Counted from the first letter of the stretch, positions 27,574 through 36,992 are shown. The stretch is DNA of 39,761 nucleotides from Bigelowiella natans CCMP2755 (GCA_000320545.1 ADNK01003187.1:1-39761), one strand, 5' to 3'. A program made the numbers and translations. The notes: generated by a model from the letters alone, not told the origin.

Positions 27574-28474
27574 TGCGCGCACGCATTTTAGATGGTTGAT
27601 TGTGCTCGCTCCTTCCTCCCTCTTCACAGGTGGATGGGCTCGCGAAGTCATTCGAGGACCGGCTGCTCTACGAGGATATGACGTTTGCGGTGCCTCCCGG
27701 TGCAACCGTCGGCATCATCGGCGGCAATGGGGCAGGGAAGACCACTCTCTTTCGAATGATCACGGGCGATGAAAAACCAACCAAAGGTGGAGGGAAGAGG
27801 GGTAGGGGGGGGGGGGGGTGCTCTGTAGAGTAGTGATGCACTCGATGTGTCTATATCTCTTGTGGTAGTAGTAGTAGTAGTTGTAGTAGTAGTTGTAGTA
27901 GTAGTAGTAGTAGTTGTTGCTGTTGTTCGATGAACCTGCCTGCTCCTACACCCCGAACAGTCGTATGGCATCGTCTCATTTTCCCTTAATATTTTCACCC
28001 ACACACACACACACACACACGCCACACACGTGCCTTCCTTGCTGCCAGGCGAGATTACCCTCGGACAGACGGTGCAGCCCATGTATGTCGACCAGTCACG
28101 CGACGACCTGGACCCCGAAAAGTCGGTCTTCGACCAGATCGGGGGGGGGGATGAGGAGGTGGATCTCGGCGGGAGGCGGATCAACACGCGCGCATACTGC
28201 ACTTGGTACAACTTCCGCGGGGCCGACCAGTCGAAGAAGGTTGGAACGTTGTCCGGGGGCGAGAGAAACCGCCTCCAGCTTGCCCAGGCGCTGCGCTCGG
28301 GGGGGAACCTGCTGATGCTCGACGAGCCGACGAATGACCTCGACGTGGAGACGCTCAGATGCCTCGAGGTTAGTGGTGGAGGGAGGTGTGGGTAGGGCAA
28401 TGGATCGTGCCATGCTCGTTTACTTGCCCCTGCCTTGAATTTTACGACGGGCACGCACATAGTGTGTGTGATAG

Positions 28475-28545
<71 letters not shown>

Positions 28546-28861
28546 CTAAAATTTTCCGCGTCCATTTTCCTCTCGTTTTGGAGTCGACGACATGTGTGCG
28601 CACGATATACCCCAAATGCTTTTCTGTCCTCCCCCCCCCCCTCCCATAGGACGCCATCGAGGCGTTTCCGGGAAGTACGCTCGTGGTGTCGCATGACAGG
28701 TGGTTCCTTGACCGAGTTGCGACTCACATTCTCGCCTTCGAGGGCGACTCCAGCGTCAAGTTCTTTGAGGGAAGCTTCTCGGAGTATGACAAAGATCGCA
28801 AGCAGCGCCTAGGCAAATCCGCCACGCCCACGCGCGTGAAGTTCCGAAAGCTCGCGAATAT

Positions 28862-28865
<4 letters not shown>
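24971..28865 (+). CDS. ettA: ABC-F translation factor EttA/YjjK with bipartite (signal + transit) plastid-targeting leader, multi-exon
   Basis: [135 protein letters not shown] and [20 protein letters not shown]. Leader MMAPSLSP|[15 protein letters not shown] followed by an S/R/A-rich segment. Confidence 0.92.
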
Positions 28866-28892
<27 letters not shown>

Positions 28893-29780
28893 CCGTCGTA
28901 GAATTTGTTGGAGTAGCATGTAGTGGTGGTACGAGGCACTAGATGTTTCTGGCGACATGTAGCACGGTCTGGTGTATGTGCATTACATAATATTGTGTTT
29001 ACGGATAAGTTACATAAGGCCGCATATGAACAGCATCTAGCTAGAGCATCTTCCCTGCTAGCGCATGGGAAAAGCACAACACCACTCAGTGAGACTGCCA
29101 AAATGCACAGCGCGGGCGCGCACAGAACGCAAGAAGCACACCCACTGCTAGACCAGAAACACGCACACGACATGCTAGCTAGCATGCACTTCTAGATGCA
29201 TCACGACAGCAGCACACTGGCTCTGGAGTGCAAGCTAGCAAGGTAGCGCAGTCGCACGAATGCAGTCGATCAGCTTAGCGCTGACTGTCAATTTGCGCAA
29301 AAACGTGCATTCCTAGAAACAGGCCCACGATGCACGACTGCTGCACGAGTCTGACGGCCATGCTGGCATGCGCTAGCTCCAGTGCTCAGTGCTGGCCACG
29401 CAAATGAACACGATCGAACACACCAGCACATCGTCGCCATCGCATCGACGATGTTGCGATGCGATTTGTCCAACTAGCCGCAGCGTCCTCCATTGTCTCA
29501 ATTGTTCACCTGCAACACTTGCGTGCACGTGCATGTGCGATGCGACATGCAGCATGCACAGTCTGCTAGCAGTGCACGCATTGCACGTGTGACAAAAATC
29601 GATCAGCTTGCCAGCGCGCCTAGCAGATGCGCTAGTGCGCCATTGTTGGCATGTCCACGCCAGCACGCTGGCATGTCTAGATGTGCGTGCATGTGATTTG
29701 TTGCTGCATCACTGTGTGTGCCACACACGTGATGTCCAACATCACCGTGTGTCAATTGTGAGTGTGGGTTCCGTTCTGGT

Positions 29781-30202
29781 TGCAACGGCGGAAAATTCAA
29801 AGGAATTTGACCGTTGAAAGTGGTCAATCAAGTCAAGTTGATCCCGTTGAAATGCCCTGCAGTTTTGGCAGTTTTGGGTTTGGTTGGTGCTGTCAGTTGA
29901 TGAGCAAATTGAGTCATCAAATGGGAAGCAAGTGGTTTGGGAAAACCAAGTTTGTGTGCACGCAGCTGCCTCGATTGGTCAATGGCAGCGAACCCGCACC
30001 TGGCAGTCAGTTCGCTAGAAGTTTGAAAGCGGTCAGTGTGTTTGTTTGAGCGTGCACATGCGTGTGTTCTGAAGTCACCAATGTCATCAGGGTTTCATTG
30101 TTCATTGGAAAGTTTGATTGTTTTTGCTGAATGAGCGGCGACGAGCTTGCTGGTTTGGCAGAGACAGAAGCCGACACTGGGAGGATGCTCTCAGTGGTCG
30201 CA
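29781..30202 (+). repeat. 5' LTR (422 bp)
   Basis: TGCAACGG...GGTCGCA. Matches 35868-36289 except at 3 positions by manual alignment. Confidence 0.96.
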
Positions 30203-33200
30203 GATGGCAGCGGCGCAGTGGAAGGAAAGGAAAAAGTGCCAGAGGTGATGCACATTGAAACAGGAGGACCTGTTGCTGCAGGTGCTGCAGGTGACTTGAA
30301 GGAATCCAATTGGCAGGAAGTTCTGCTCAGGATGGAAATTGACAAGTTTCGAATGGTCCTGGAAGGGGTGTCCATCCAGGAGAAACTGGCGGTTGATTTC
30401 AACAAGGATGTCCGCAGCTTGCGAGACAATCGCAGTTCCCGTAGGTTCTTCATGGATCGATGTGGTGACAAAGGAGTGCCGGAGAAAACGTGGAAATGCT
30501 TCACAGAAAATCCGGAAGTAGCGGAGGACTTGACAGACGAGGAAGATGCAACGGTAGCAGAGGAAAAGAAACAAAATGAAATGCGAGAACAAGACATCGG
30601 GGACCACCGAGGAATGTCTCACAGAGCGAAAGCTGTGGAAATGTTCGGAAAGAAAATGAAGGTGAGGGGAGAACTAGACCCAGCCTTCATTTACCGTGAA
30701 AAGTTTCGGAAGAGGGTGAGAAGAATCCAGAGTCAAATCGCAGGGCACAGCGAACTCTTTGGAGCGGATGTGAGATTCGGATGCGAGTTCTTCCGAACGA
30801 TATTGTCCCAGGATGCACGGGACAGATTCGACCTGTACGTTAAAAAACAGGAGAAGGAACGGCAATGCCAAATGGATCATCGCGAGAAACTCGAACAAGG
30901 AATGCAACACCTGTGTGGCGAAGAGTCCCCGCAAGACACAAGGTTTGGGTTTAACAAGGAGTTTGATAAACTGCGAAAGGAGAAATTCAGATTTGTAGAC
31001 CAAACACATAGCAAATACAAACAAGTATGCAGTCTGTTCCCGACATACAAGATTGACAGGTACGACAGGATGAACCATTACAAAATACTATTGCAAAACC
31101 ACAGATATGGTCGATCCCTACTCCTAGCTATGGCACATTACGATACCACGGGTATGACTCCAGCCGAACTCTTCAAACAGCTGAGAATTAGAGAGGAAAT
31201 AATTCAGGAGTCACAACCGAAATACAATAGTGTGAATGCAATTGGAATGGAAGGGAATAAGAAGAAGAAGATCTGCTTCAACTTCCACAAAAAAGGAACT
31301 TGTCGATATGGAAATGAATGCAAATATAGTCATGAGAAAGGAGGGAAGTCTAACAGGCTGTGCAAATATATTAGAGAGGGAAAATGTAAATGGGGCAAGA
31401 GATGTAGATTCTCGCACGACCTAGGGGATAAAGCGGCAAATTTGTCGAAGGTCACAGTGGATGCGAGTTACCCCAAAGTAAACCCTAGCCCCCATCCCTC
31501 TTCTAATACCTTGAATAGTGACTGGAGGGAATCCGGCAAGGACGTAGTGCAAACTGTGGAAAACGATATGACAGAGTTAGCAAAAATAAATATCCCACAG
31601 GTCAACATCGCCTCTAAGCCCTACAATGCAAATGAGTCTTTACGCCAACGCAATGTGCTAAGGGTATTTGTGGAAGGCAAGAGTGGACCTGCTGAGATGA
31701 AAGCACTCCTTGACGATGGATCGCAGCCTACCACCATTAGCCTGCAAAAGATCAAATTGCTCAGTAAGCTAGGTGTAAAAATGAAAAGGACAAAGATGAG
31801 TGGCCAGGTTAGAGGTTTAAGTACTACCTGTGTCCGCATGGAGGGTGAGGTGGAATTTGAGATAAGAGTGAAGTGCAAAACCGCTCGGGGGGGATACGTA
31901 AGGCTCAGGATTTTTGCTATAGTCCTGGATGGGAATGTAAACTTTGAATTTATAATTGGCCAAGATATGAGAAACCTATACCGCATCATGTCGTACCCAG
32001 ACCCCAAACCCGAACACCGTAAAGTCACAATTGATGGCACACCTGTTTGCTCTTATCCCTGCACTTCTCACCTTCGAAATGCGAACTCACTTATACTGGA
32101 AAGCAACTTGCTGGCCTTGCCTGCAGTAGCCCAGGATGCGGGTGTTAACGAAGGTAAACGAAACAAAGCTAAAAGGCTATTAAATTCATGTCTAGTCCAT
32201 GAAACACTCGACCTGTTAGATGCAGCGGATTCCCGATTGAGAGAGTGCGACCACGTCTGCGGTACGGGGGTACCTGATGAGGAAATTAAACATAGTCTCG
32301 GCAAGATCGTATCGCTCCAATACGTCCATAGAGAATCAGAACGTACCAATGCGGAACTTGCTTCGGGAGACTGCTTGCGCATGCTGAACAGAGTGGAGAA
32401 AGAGTTCCGCGCGGGTTCCACACTCATGACGTCAAGAGAACAATTTTGTTACCTACGTCGTGTCCTGTGTCGTTGTTCGTCGCGATTTGTGGAAAATGCA
32501 CCTGAGACAGGAGAATTGCGTGTGCCGAAACACGAAGTCCACGATTGCCTTCTACCAGGAAAGAAATTTGTGCACCAAAAGGCTCACCGATTGCCCCCGG
32601 ACAGATTGAATGCGATGGAGACTGAGTTGGAAGAACTGGAAAAACATGGGTCATGTTGTGAAGTGTCGAATGAAGAAAAAGTGACAGCCACTTCACCTGC
32701 ATTTCCTGTCTGGGACAAAGGCAAGAGCACCTGTCGGGTGGTCATCAGCATGAAAAAGGTCAACGATGCTGTGGAATTGATGCACTTCGTTGTGCCGATG
32801 ACGGAAAACACCACACGGAAAGCAATGACGAAAAACTGGGTGACATCAACCGACGCTAAATCAGGCTGGCCACAGATGGGGTGCACAAAGAAAACGCAAA
32901 TGACCTTCGCATTTGCAACTCAGAAATGTGCTAGATCAAGTTTGGGCCTGCCATTCGGACACAAAAATGCTCCTCAGATGTTTGCGTGGTTGATGATCCA
33001 AATCATCAAAGGACTCAACGACACTGTGGTTCATGTGGATGATCACTGCAACATGGGGGACACGTTCATGGCAGCATTGTTGGAGTTCACCAGATTTGTG
33101 CAGAGGGCTGAGACCAAGAACTTGTGCCCATCTGCTGAAAAATCACAAGCGTTTCCAAAAGAGTTGTCCATGGTGGGAGTTGTCAGGAAAAATGGCAAAC

Positions 33201-35752
33201 ATCACCCAGACCCGAAGAGGATGCATCCCCTGGATGCACTCCAACCACCTGAAAAGGGAGCACGATTCCTCAAATCGGTGCAACGCATCATGGGATCATT
33301 CATCTGTCATCCACGATGTGTCAAAGACTTCTGGAACATCATTCGACCTGTCAGCATCCTGAATTCAAAAACAGCTCCACAAGTCTGGGGAAAAGAACAA
33401 CAGATGGCTTCAGATGCTGCGAGGGATGTGCTGAAGTCTTCGTCTTTGCATGTGCCCAAGTTCGAACACATCACCCGTGAGAGTCCATTCCTTGTGGATG
33501 TGGATGCGTCCAAACGTGCTGGTGGAGCTGCTCTGTCTCAAGTGGTTGATGGGGTGGAGCGCCTCACATGTTGCTTCAGCTTCACCTGGCGCAAACATCA
33601 GATGAAATGGCACGCAATGAGAAAAGAATTTGACAACGGTGCTAGGAGTCTGGACTGCTTCAGCATCTTCATTGAGGGATTTCCAACGCGTGCAAGAATG
33701 GATGCAAAGGTTGCCATGCACATGGTGGCACATGGACAAGATCAATTGCGCGAACCTCACACCAGAATCTCCGCAGCTTGCAACTCGCACATGCCAGTGG
33801 GTGTTGAACACAGAGAGGGCCCGAGCCACAAAAATGCGGATTGCATCAGTGGGCCTGGACACAGTGTTGAAGATGATGCGGATGAAGAAACACTGGTCAA
33901 TCTCTTCCCTCTCCACCATGCTTCGGCAATGCTCAAATGCTTTGGTGATGAATCAAAAAATGGCACCTGCTTGAGCTGCAACCAACCGGCAGTTGGACAC
34001 CATCCCACAGATGCAGAGGTTGAACTTGCTTGCTCACAACTGTGTTGTGATGTGGCGAAGAAGGTGGGCTTTGACGAGTCCAAGTTTCGCATCCTTTTTG
34101 AAAGGATGAACACAAAAAACAAATCAAACCAGAGCAAGCTCACTCCTGAAGTTGATGCTGCGCGCTTCGACGGGGACTCAATGATCCACCCGTGCTCCAC
34201 GTTGGCGCATGAAGCAGATGAATGCATGGAGAACTGTGACACAATGGAATGCGGAATGGAGTTCTCACCTTTGCAGTCGGACAGTGTGGAGGTGGAGCTC
34301 AAGTGCGATGCATCATCTGAGCGCCTACCTGCAGAACAACGGGCAGAGTTCACTGAAATGTTCGCAGCTCTGGAAAATGAAGGCAATCCAAATCATGCTC
34401 TTGCTGCGGCACAATGCAAAATTGTGGACAATGCCTTGCACAAGTGCGGCGACTGTGAGAACGACGACCACAGTGTCCCTTTGCTCATTGTGGTTCCTGA
34501 TCAATGTCGGACTGAAATCATGGACGCCCACCACACAACGAATCTTGCAAATCACAGATGTGCAAATGACATGGCAACAAAAATCCTGCAAGCACATTGC
34601 TGGAAAGGCTTGACGCATTCATGCAAAAAATGTGTTGCAACCTGTCAGGCATGCATCAGAACAAAATCTCGCATGAAGCAATTGCCTTGCAAGCAGCTGC
34701 AGATGAGAGGAGCAATGGAAGCCGTGTCGATTGATGCCATTGGACGCATGGAAGGAAAGTGTCACCACATGCTGAATGCGTGCACCTTGTCGACAGGATG
34801 CATTTTCGCGAAACACTGCAAGAAACTTGACGCTGAAGTCATGGCAGAGTTTCCATTCGACTTCATTGTCGTGTTTGGTGCACCTCGTGAGATCCTCACT
34901 GACCAGGGACCTGAATTTGTGAACAGCGTCATGTTGCACTTGAAGAACAGATTCGGTTTTGCAAAACTCACCACATCGAGCAAATCCAAAACGGGCAACT
35001 CACTGATTGAAAGAAAGAATGGAGTGCTCAACAACGGAACATTGGCACAGCTCACACAACAGTCTGAATCGAGACACAATTGGCACAAAGAATCACCTCA
35101 TGCTGTCTTCTCAGCCAACACTTTGTTGCCCAATGCTCGAGGAAACTCGTGCGCTGAGCTCCTGTTCGGGTTTCAACCCAAGTTGGAAGGAGACTTGAAC
35201 GGCAAACGTGCACCTGTGAGAGAGGAGAAAGTCGGAGACGACATTGACTCTCGCATTCAAATTGCAAAGAAGATGAGACAGTTGTTCCTGACGGATGGAT
35301 CTGAATGGAGATTCTTGAAAAACTTCAAACGCAATGACAAGATGGGGCAACTGAAACGATGCAAAGTGGGGGATCCAGTGTGGTTGTGCCGTGATGAGGA
35401 CCGCAAAGGGCATCGTGTTGCTCCGCATTTCGCGCTGAAAAAGACAGGCCCCGTCCTGATCACAGCGAGCATCAGAGATTCCAACACTTGCAGAGTGGAA
35501 GATCCTGAAACAAGTCATCGAAACGCAGTTCATGCAAAGTGCTTGTCTCCCTTTGGCACCTTCACAGCATCACCGGAAGCTGCAGTGCCACCACAGGATG
35601 AAGCGTCTTCGTCGGAGAGTGATCAAGATCTGTTCAATGATTCATCGGGGGATGAGGAAGAAGAGGATGATGCTGACATCAGTGCACGCAACGTTCTGAT
35701 GCACACTCGTGCCCGCAAGGCACCTGATCGTGGAGCCTTCGTGTCACATTGA
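30131..35752 (+). CDS. Gag-Pol polyprotein (1873 aa; open frame but probably catalytically dead)
   Basis: Two CCCH fingers (31271-31420), protease ALLDDGS (31703-31723), RT (DAKSG, LPFG.KNAP, HVDD at 33032-33043), RNase H (VDAS..GGAALSQ, NAD), integrase HHCC and core (SID, TDQGPEF, IERKN). The first ATG lies inside the LTR, so the real start may be downstream. Confidence 0.9.
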   Translation: MSGDELAGLAETEADTGRMLSVVADGSGAVEGKEKVPEVMHIETGGPVAAGAAGDLKESNWQEVLLRMEIDKFRMVLEGVSIQEKLAVDFNKDVRSLRDNRSSRRFFMDRCGDKGVPEKTWKCFTENPEVAEDLTDEEDATVAEEKKQNEMREQDIGDHRGMSHRAKAVEMFGKKMKVRGELDPAFIYREKFRKRVRRIQSQIAGHSELFGADVRFGCEFFRTILSQDARDRFDLYVKKQEKERQCQMDHREKLEQGMQHLCGEESPQDTRFGFNKEFDKLRKEKFRFVDQTHSKYKQVCSLFPTYKIDRYDRMNHYKILLQNHRYGRSLLLAMAHYDTTGMTPAELFKQLRIREEIIQESQPKYNSVNAIGMEGNKKKKICFNFHKKGTCRYGNECKYSHEKGGKSNRLCKYIREGKCKWGKRCRFSHDLGDKAANLSKVTVDASYPKVNPSPHPSSNTLNSDWRESGKDVVQTVENDMTELAKINIPQVNIASKPYNANESLRQRNVLRVFVEGKSGPAEMKALLDDGSQPTTISLQKIKLLSKLGVKMKRTKMSGQVRGLSTTCVRMEGEVEFEIRVKCKTARGGYVRLRIFAIVLDGNVNFEFIIGQDMRNLYRIMSYPDPKPEHRKVTIDGTPVCSYPCTSHLRNANSLILESNLLALPAVAQDAGVNEGKRNKAKRLLNSCLVHETLDLLDAADSRLRECDHVCGTGVPDEEIKHSLGKIVSLQYVHRESERTNAELASGDCLRMLNRVEKEFRAGSTLMTSREQFCYLRRVLCRCSSRFVENAPETGELRVPKHEVHDCLLPGKKFVHQKAHRLPPDRLNAMETELEELEKHGSCCEVSNEEKVTATSPAFPVWDKGKSTCRVVISMKKVNDAVELMHFVVPMTENTTRKAMTKNWVTSTDAKSGWPQMGCTKKTQMTFAFATQKCARSSLGLPFGHKNAPQMFAWLMIQIIKGLNDTVVHVDDHCNMGDTFMAALLEFTRFVQRAETKNLCPSAEKSQAFPKELSMVGVVRKNGKHHPDPKRMHPLDALQPPEKGARFLKSVQRIMGSFICHPRCVKDFWNIIRPVSILNSKTAPQVWGKEQQMASDAARDVLKSSSLHVPKFEHITRESPFLVDVDASKRAGGAALSQVVDGVERLTCCFSFTWRKHQMKWHAMRKEFDNGARSLDCFSIFIEGFPTRARMDAKVAMHMVAHGQDQLREPHTRISAACNSHMPVGVEHREGPSHKNADCISGPGHSVEDDADEETLVNLFPLHHASAMLKCFGDESKNGTCLSCNQPAVGHHPTDAEVELACSQLCCDVAKKVGFDESKFRILFERMNTKNKSNQSKLTPEVDAARFDGDSMIHPCSTLAHEADECMENCDTMECGMEFSPLQSDSVEVELKCDASSERLPAEQRAEFTEMFAALENEGNPNHALAAAQCKIVDNALHKCGDCENDDHSVPLLIVVPDQCRTEIMDAHHTTNLANHRCANDMATKILQAHCWKGLTHSCKKCVATCQACIRTKSRMKQLPCKQLQMRGAMEAVSIDAIGRMEGKCHHMLNACTLSTGCIFAKHCKKLDAEVMAEFPFDFIVVFGAPREILTDQGPEFVNSVMLHLKNRFGFAKLTTSSKSKTGNSLIERKNGVLNNGTLAQLTQQSESRHNWHKESPHAVFSANTLLPNARGNSCAELLFGFQPKLEGDLNGKRAPVREEKVGDDIDSRIQIAKKMRQLFLTDGSEWRFLKNFKRNDKMGQLKRCKVGDPVWLCRDEDRKGHRVAPHFALKKTGPVLITASIRDSNTCRVEDPETSHRNAVHAKCLSPFGTFTASPEAAVPPQDEASSSESDQDLFNDSSGDEEEEDDADISARNVLMHTRARKAPDRGAFVSH
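30205..30216 (+). other. Putative primer-binding site
   Basis: TGGCAGCGGCGC begins 2 nt after the 5' LTR. It resembles TGGTAGC-type initiator-Met PBSs with a TA->CA change. The cognate tRNA is not verified. Confidence 0.45.
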
Positions 35753-35850
35753 ACTTGCAATGGAAGTCCAAGTTTCCAAGTGTTCCGTTCAGTTTGTGCA
35801 AGTGCACATGGATTGTTGCATCAAGTTGGTTTTGCGACGTCCGCAAATTC

Positions 35851-35864
35851 AAAAAAGGGGGGAA
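35851..35864 (+). other. Polypurine tract
   Basis: AAAAAAGGGGGGAA, 3 nt upstream of the 3' LTR. Confidence 0.85.
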
Positions 35865-35867
35865 TGA

Positions 35868-36289
35868 TGCAACGGCGGAAAATTCAAAGGAATTTGACCG
35901 TTGAAAGTGGTCAATCAAGTCAAGTTGATCCCGTTGAAATGCCCTGCAGTTTTGGCAGTTTTGGGTTTGGTTGGTGCTGTCAGTTGATGAGCAAATTGAG
36001 TCATCAAATGGGAAGCAAGTGGTTTGGGAAAACCAAGTTTGTGTGCACGTAGCTGCCTCGATTGGTCAATGGCAGCGAACCCGCATCTGGCAGTCAGTTC
36101 GCTAGAAGTTTGAAAGCGGTCAGTGTGTTTGTTTGAGCGTGCACATGCGTGTGTTCTGAAGTCACCAATGTCATCAGGGTTTCATTGTTCATTGGAAAGT
36201 TTGATTGTTTTTGCTGAATGAGCGGCGACGAGCTTGCTAGTTTGGCAGAGACAGAAGCCGACACTGGGAGGATGCTCTCAGTGGTCGCA
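35868..36289 (+). repeat. 3' LTR (422 bp)
   Basis: Direct repeat of 29781-30202, preceded by a polypurine tract and followed by TSD CTGGT. Confidence 0.96.
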
Positions 36290-36670
36290 CTGGTTTCCCA
36301 ACAACTTCATTTGCATGTTCCTTCACAGACACCAAACATGCATGCCTCCTCCATGTTTCGAAACCGTCGCGTGTGCGTTTTTTGCAATGCACACAATGAC
36401 AGGCAGTGGCACGTGAACACAACGAGTGAACGCTCTTGGGCCCCAAGCAAAGCTGCATTGTGAAAAGATCATTGCGTTTTCATGCATGTGGCAAAGGCAA
36501 ATTGCAAGCCTTGTGTGTTTGCACGTTCTTTTCTGGTTTTTCACACCATGTGTTTTGCTTCTTTTGCACACGTGTTCTTGTGACACACGCGTGTTCATAA
36601 ACACACACGTGCACTAGAGGCCATGTTTCATGGTCCTCATCGCCATCAAGTGAGCACCTACCGGCCAATG

Positions 36671-36992
36671 TCAGACCAGATGCTTCGTGCAAGGCGCGCA
36701 TTGGACCACATCAATCCTCTCGTCTCTGCCACAATTCCAGTAAAGGGAGGGGGGGGAGGGAGGGCGACAAAATGAAAATAAGAAATTATTCGCACTCTAC
36801 TCAGCATCGTCATTGTTCAGAATATGCATGAAATGTCTGCTGCCGCTCCAAACACCAATCGAACCAATCAAGACAACTAATATTACATCGTGATCATTAC
36901 AATAGCCACGAGCACCCACTACCATCCTTGCTATTAATATTGGCCTCATCACCGCTATCATCGCTTCTACAATCAGAGTATATCATCATAAT

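Larger units (their letters stand above)
150..28890. repeat. Dispersed intronic microsatellites: (CA)n, (GA)n, (TA)n, (GAT)n, (TAG)n, poly-G/C
   Basis: Examples: (TA)n 150-182, (CT)n(CA)n 507-622, (CA)n 1829-1894, (TA)n 12850-12886 and 28478-28513, (TAG)n 28863-28892. They also occur in 37140-38920. Confidence 0.95.
29781..36289 (+). mobile_element. Full-length Ty3/Gypsy-type LTR retrotransposon, hypermutated
   Basis: 422-bp direct repeats with TG...CA ends, 5-bp TSD CTGGT (29776-29780 and 36290-36294), PPT, and a single gag-pol ORF in the order PR-RT-RH-IN. Confidence 0.96.

Noticed and set aside
32456-35752. Alternative genetic code or codon bias as the cause of Tyr absence
   Set aside because: The same ORF uses Tyr normally upstream, TA is lost in all codon positions and in non-coding flanks, and host genes use TAY and TAG/TAA normally.
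29781-36289. Classical RIP, 5mC deamination, APOBEC or ADAR editing
   Set aside because: RIP, 5mC decay and APOBEC give C->T and create stops or TpA, the opposite of what is seen. ADAR would be strand-biased, favour UAG and not explain the flanks.
32424-36701. Many overlapping antisense and alternate-frame ORFs in and after pol
   Set aside because: Explained by loss of TAA/TAG stop codons.
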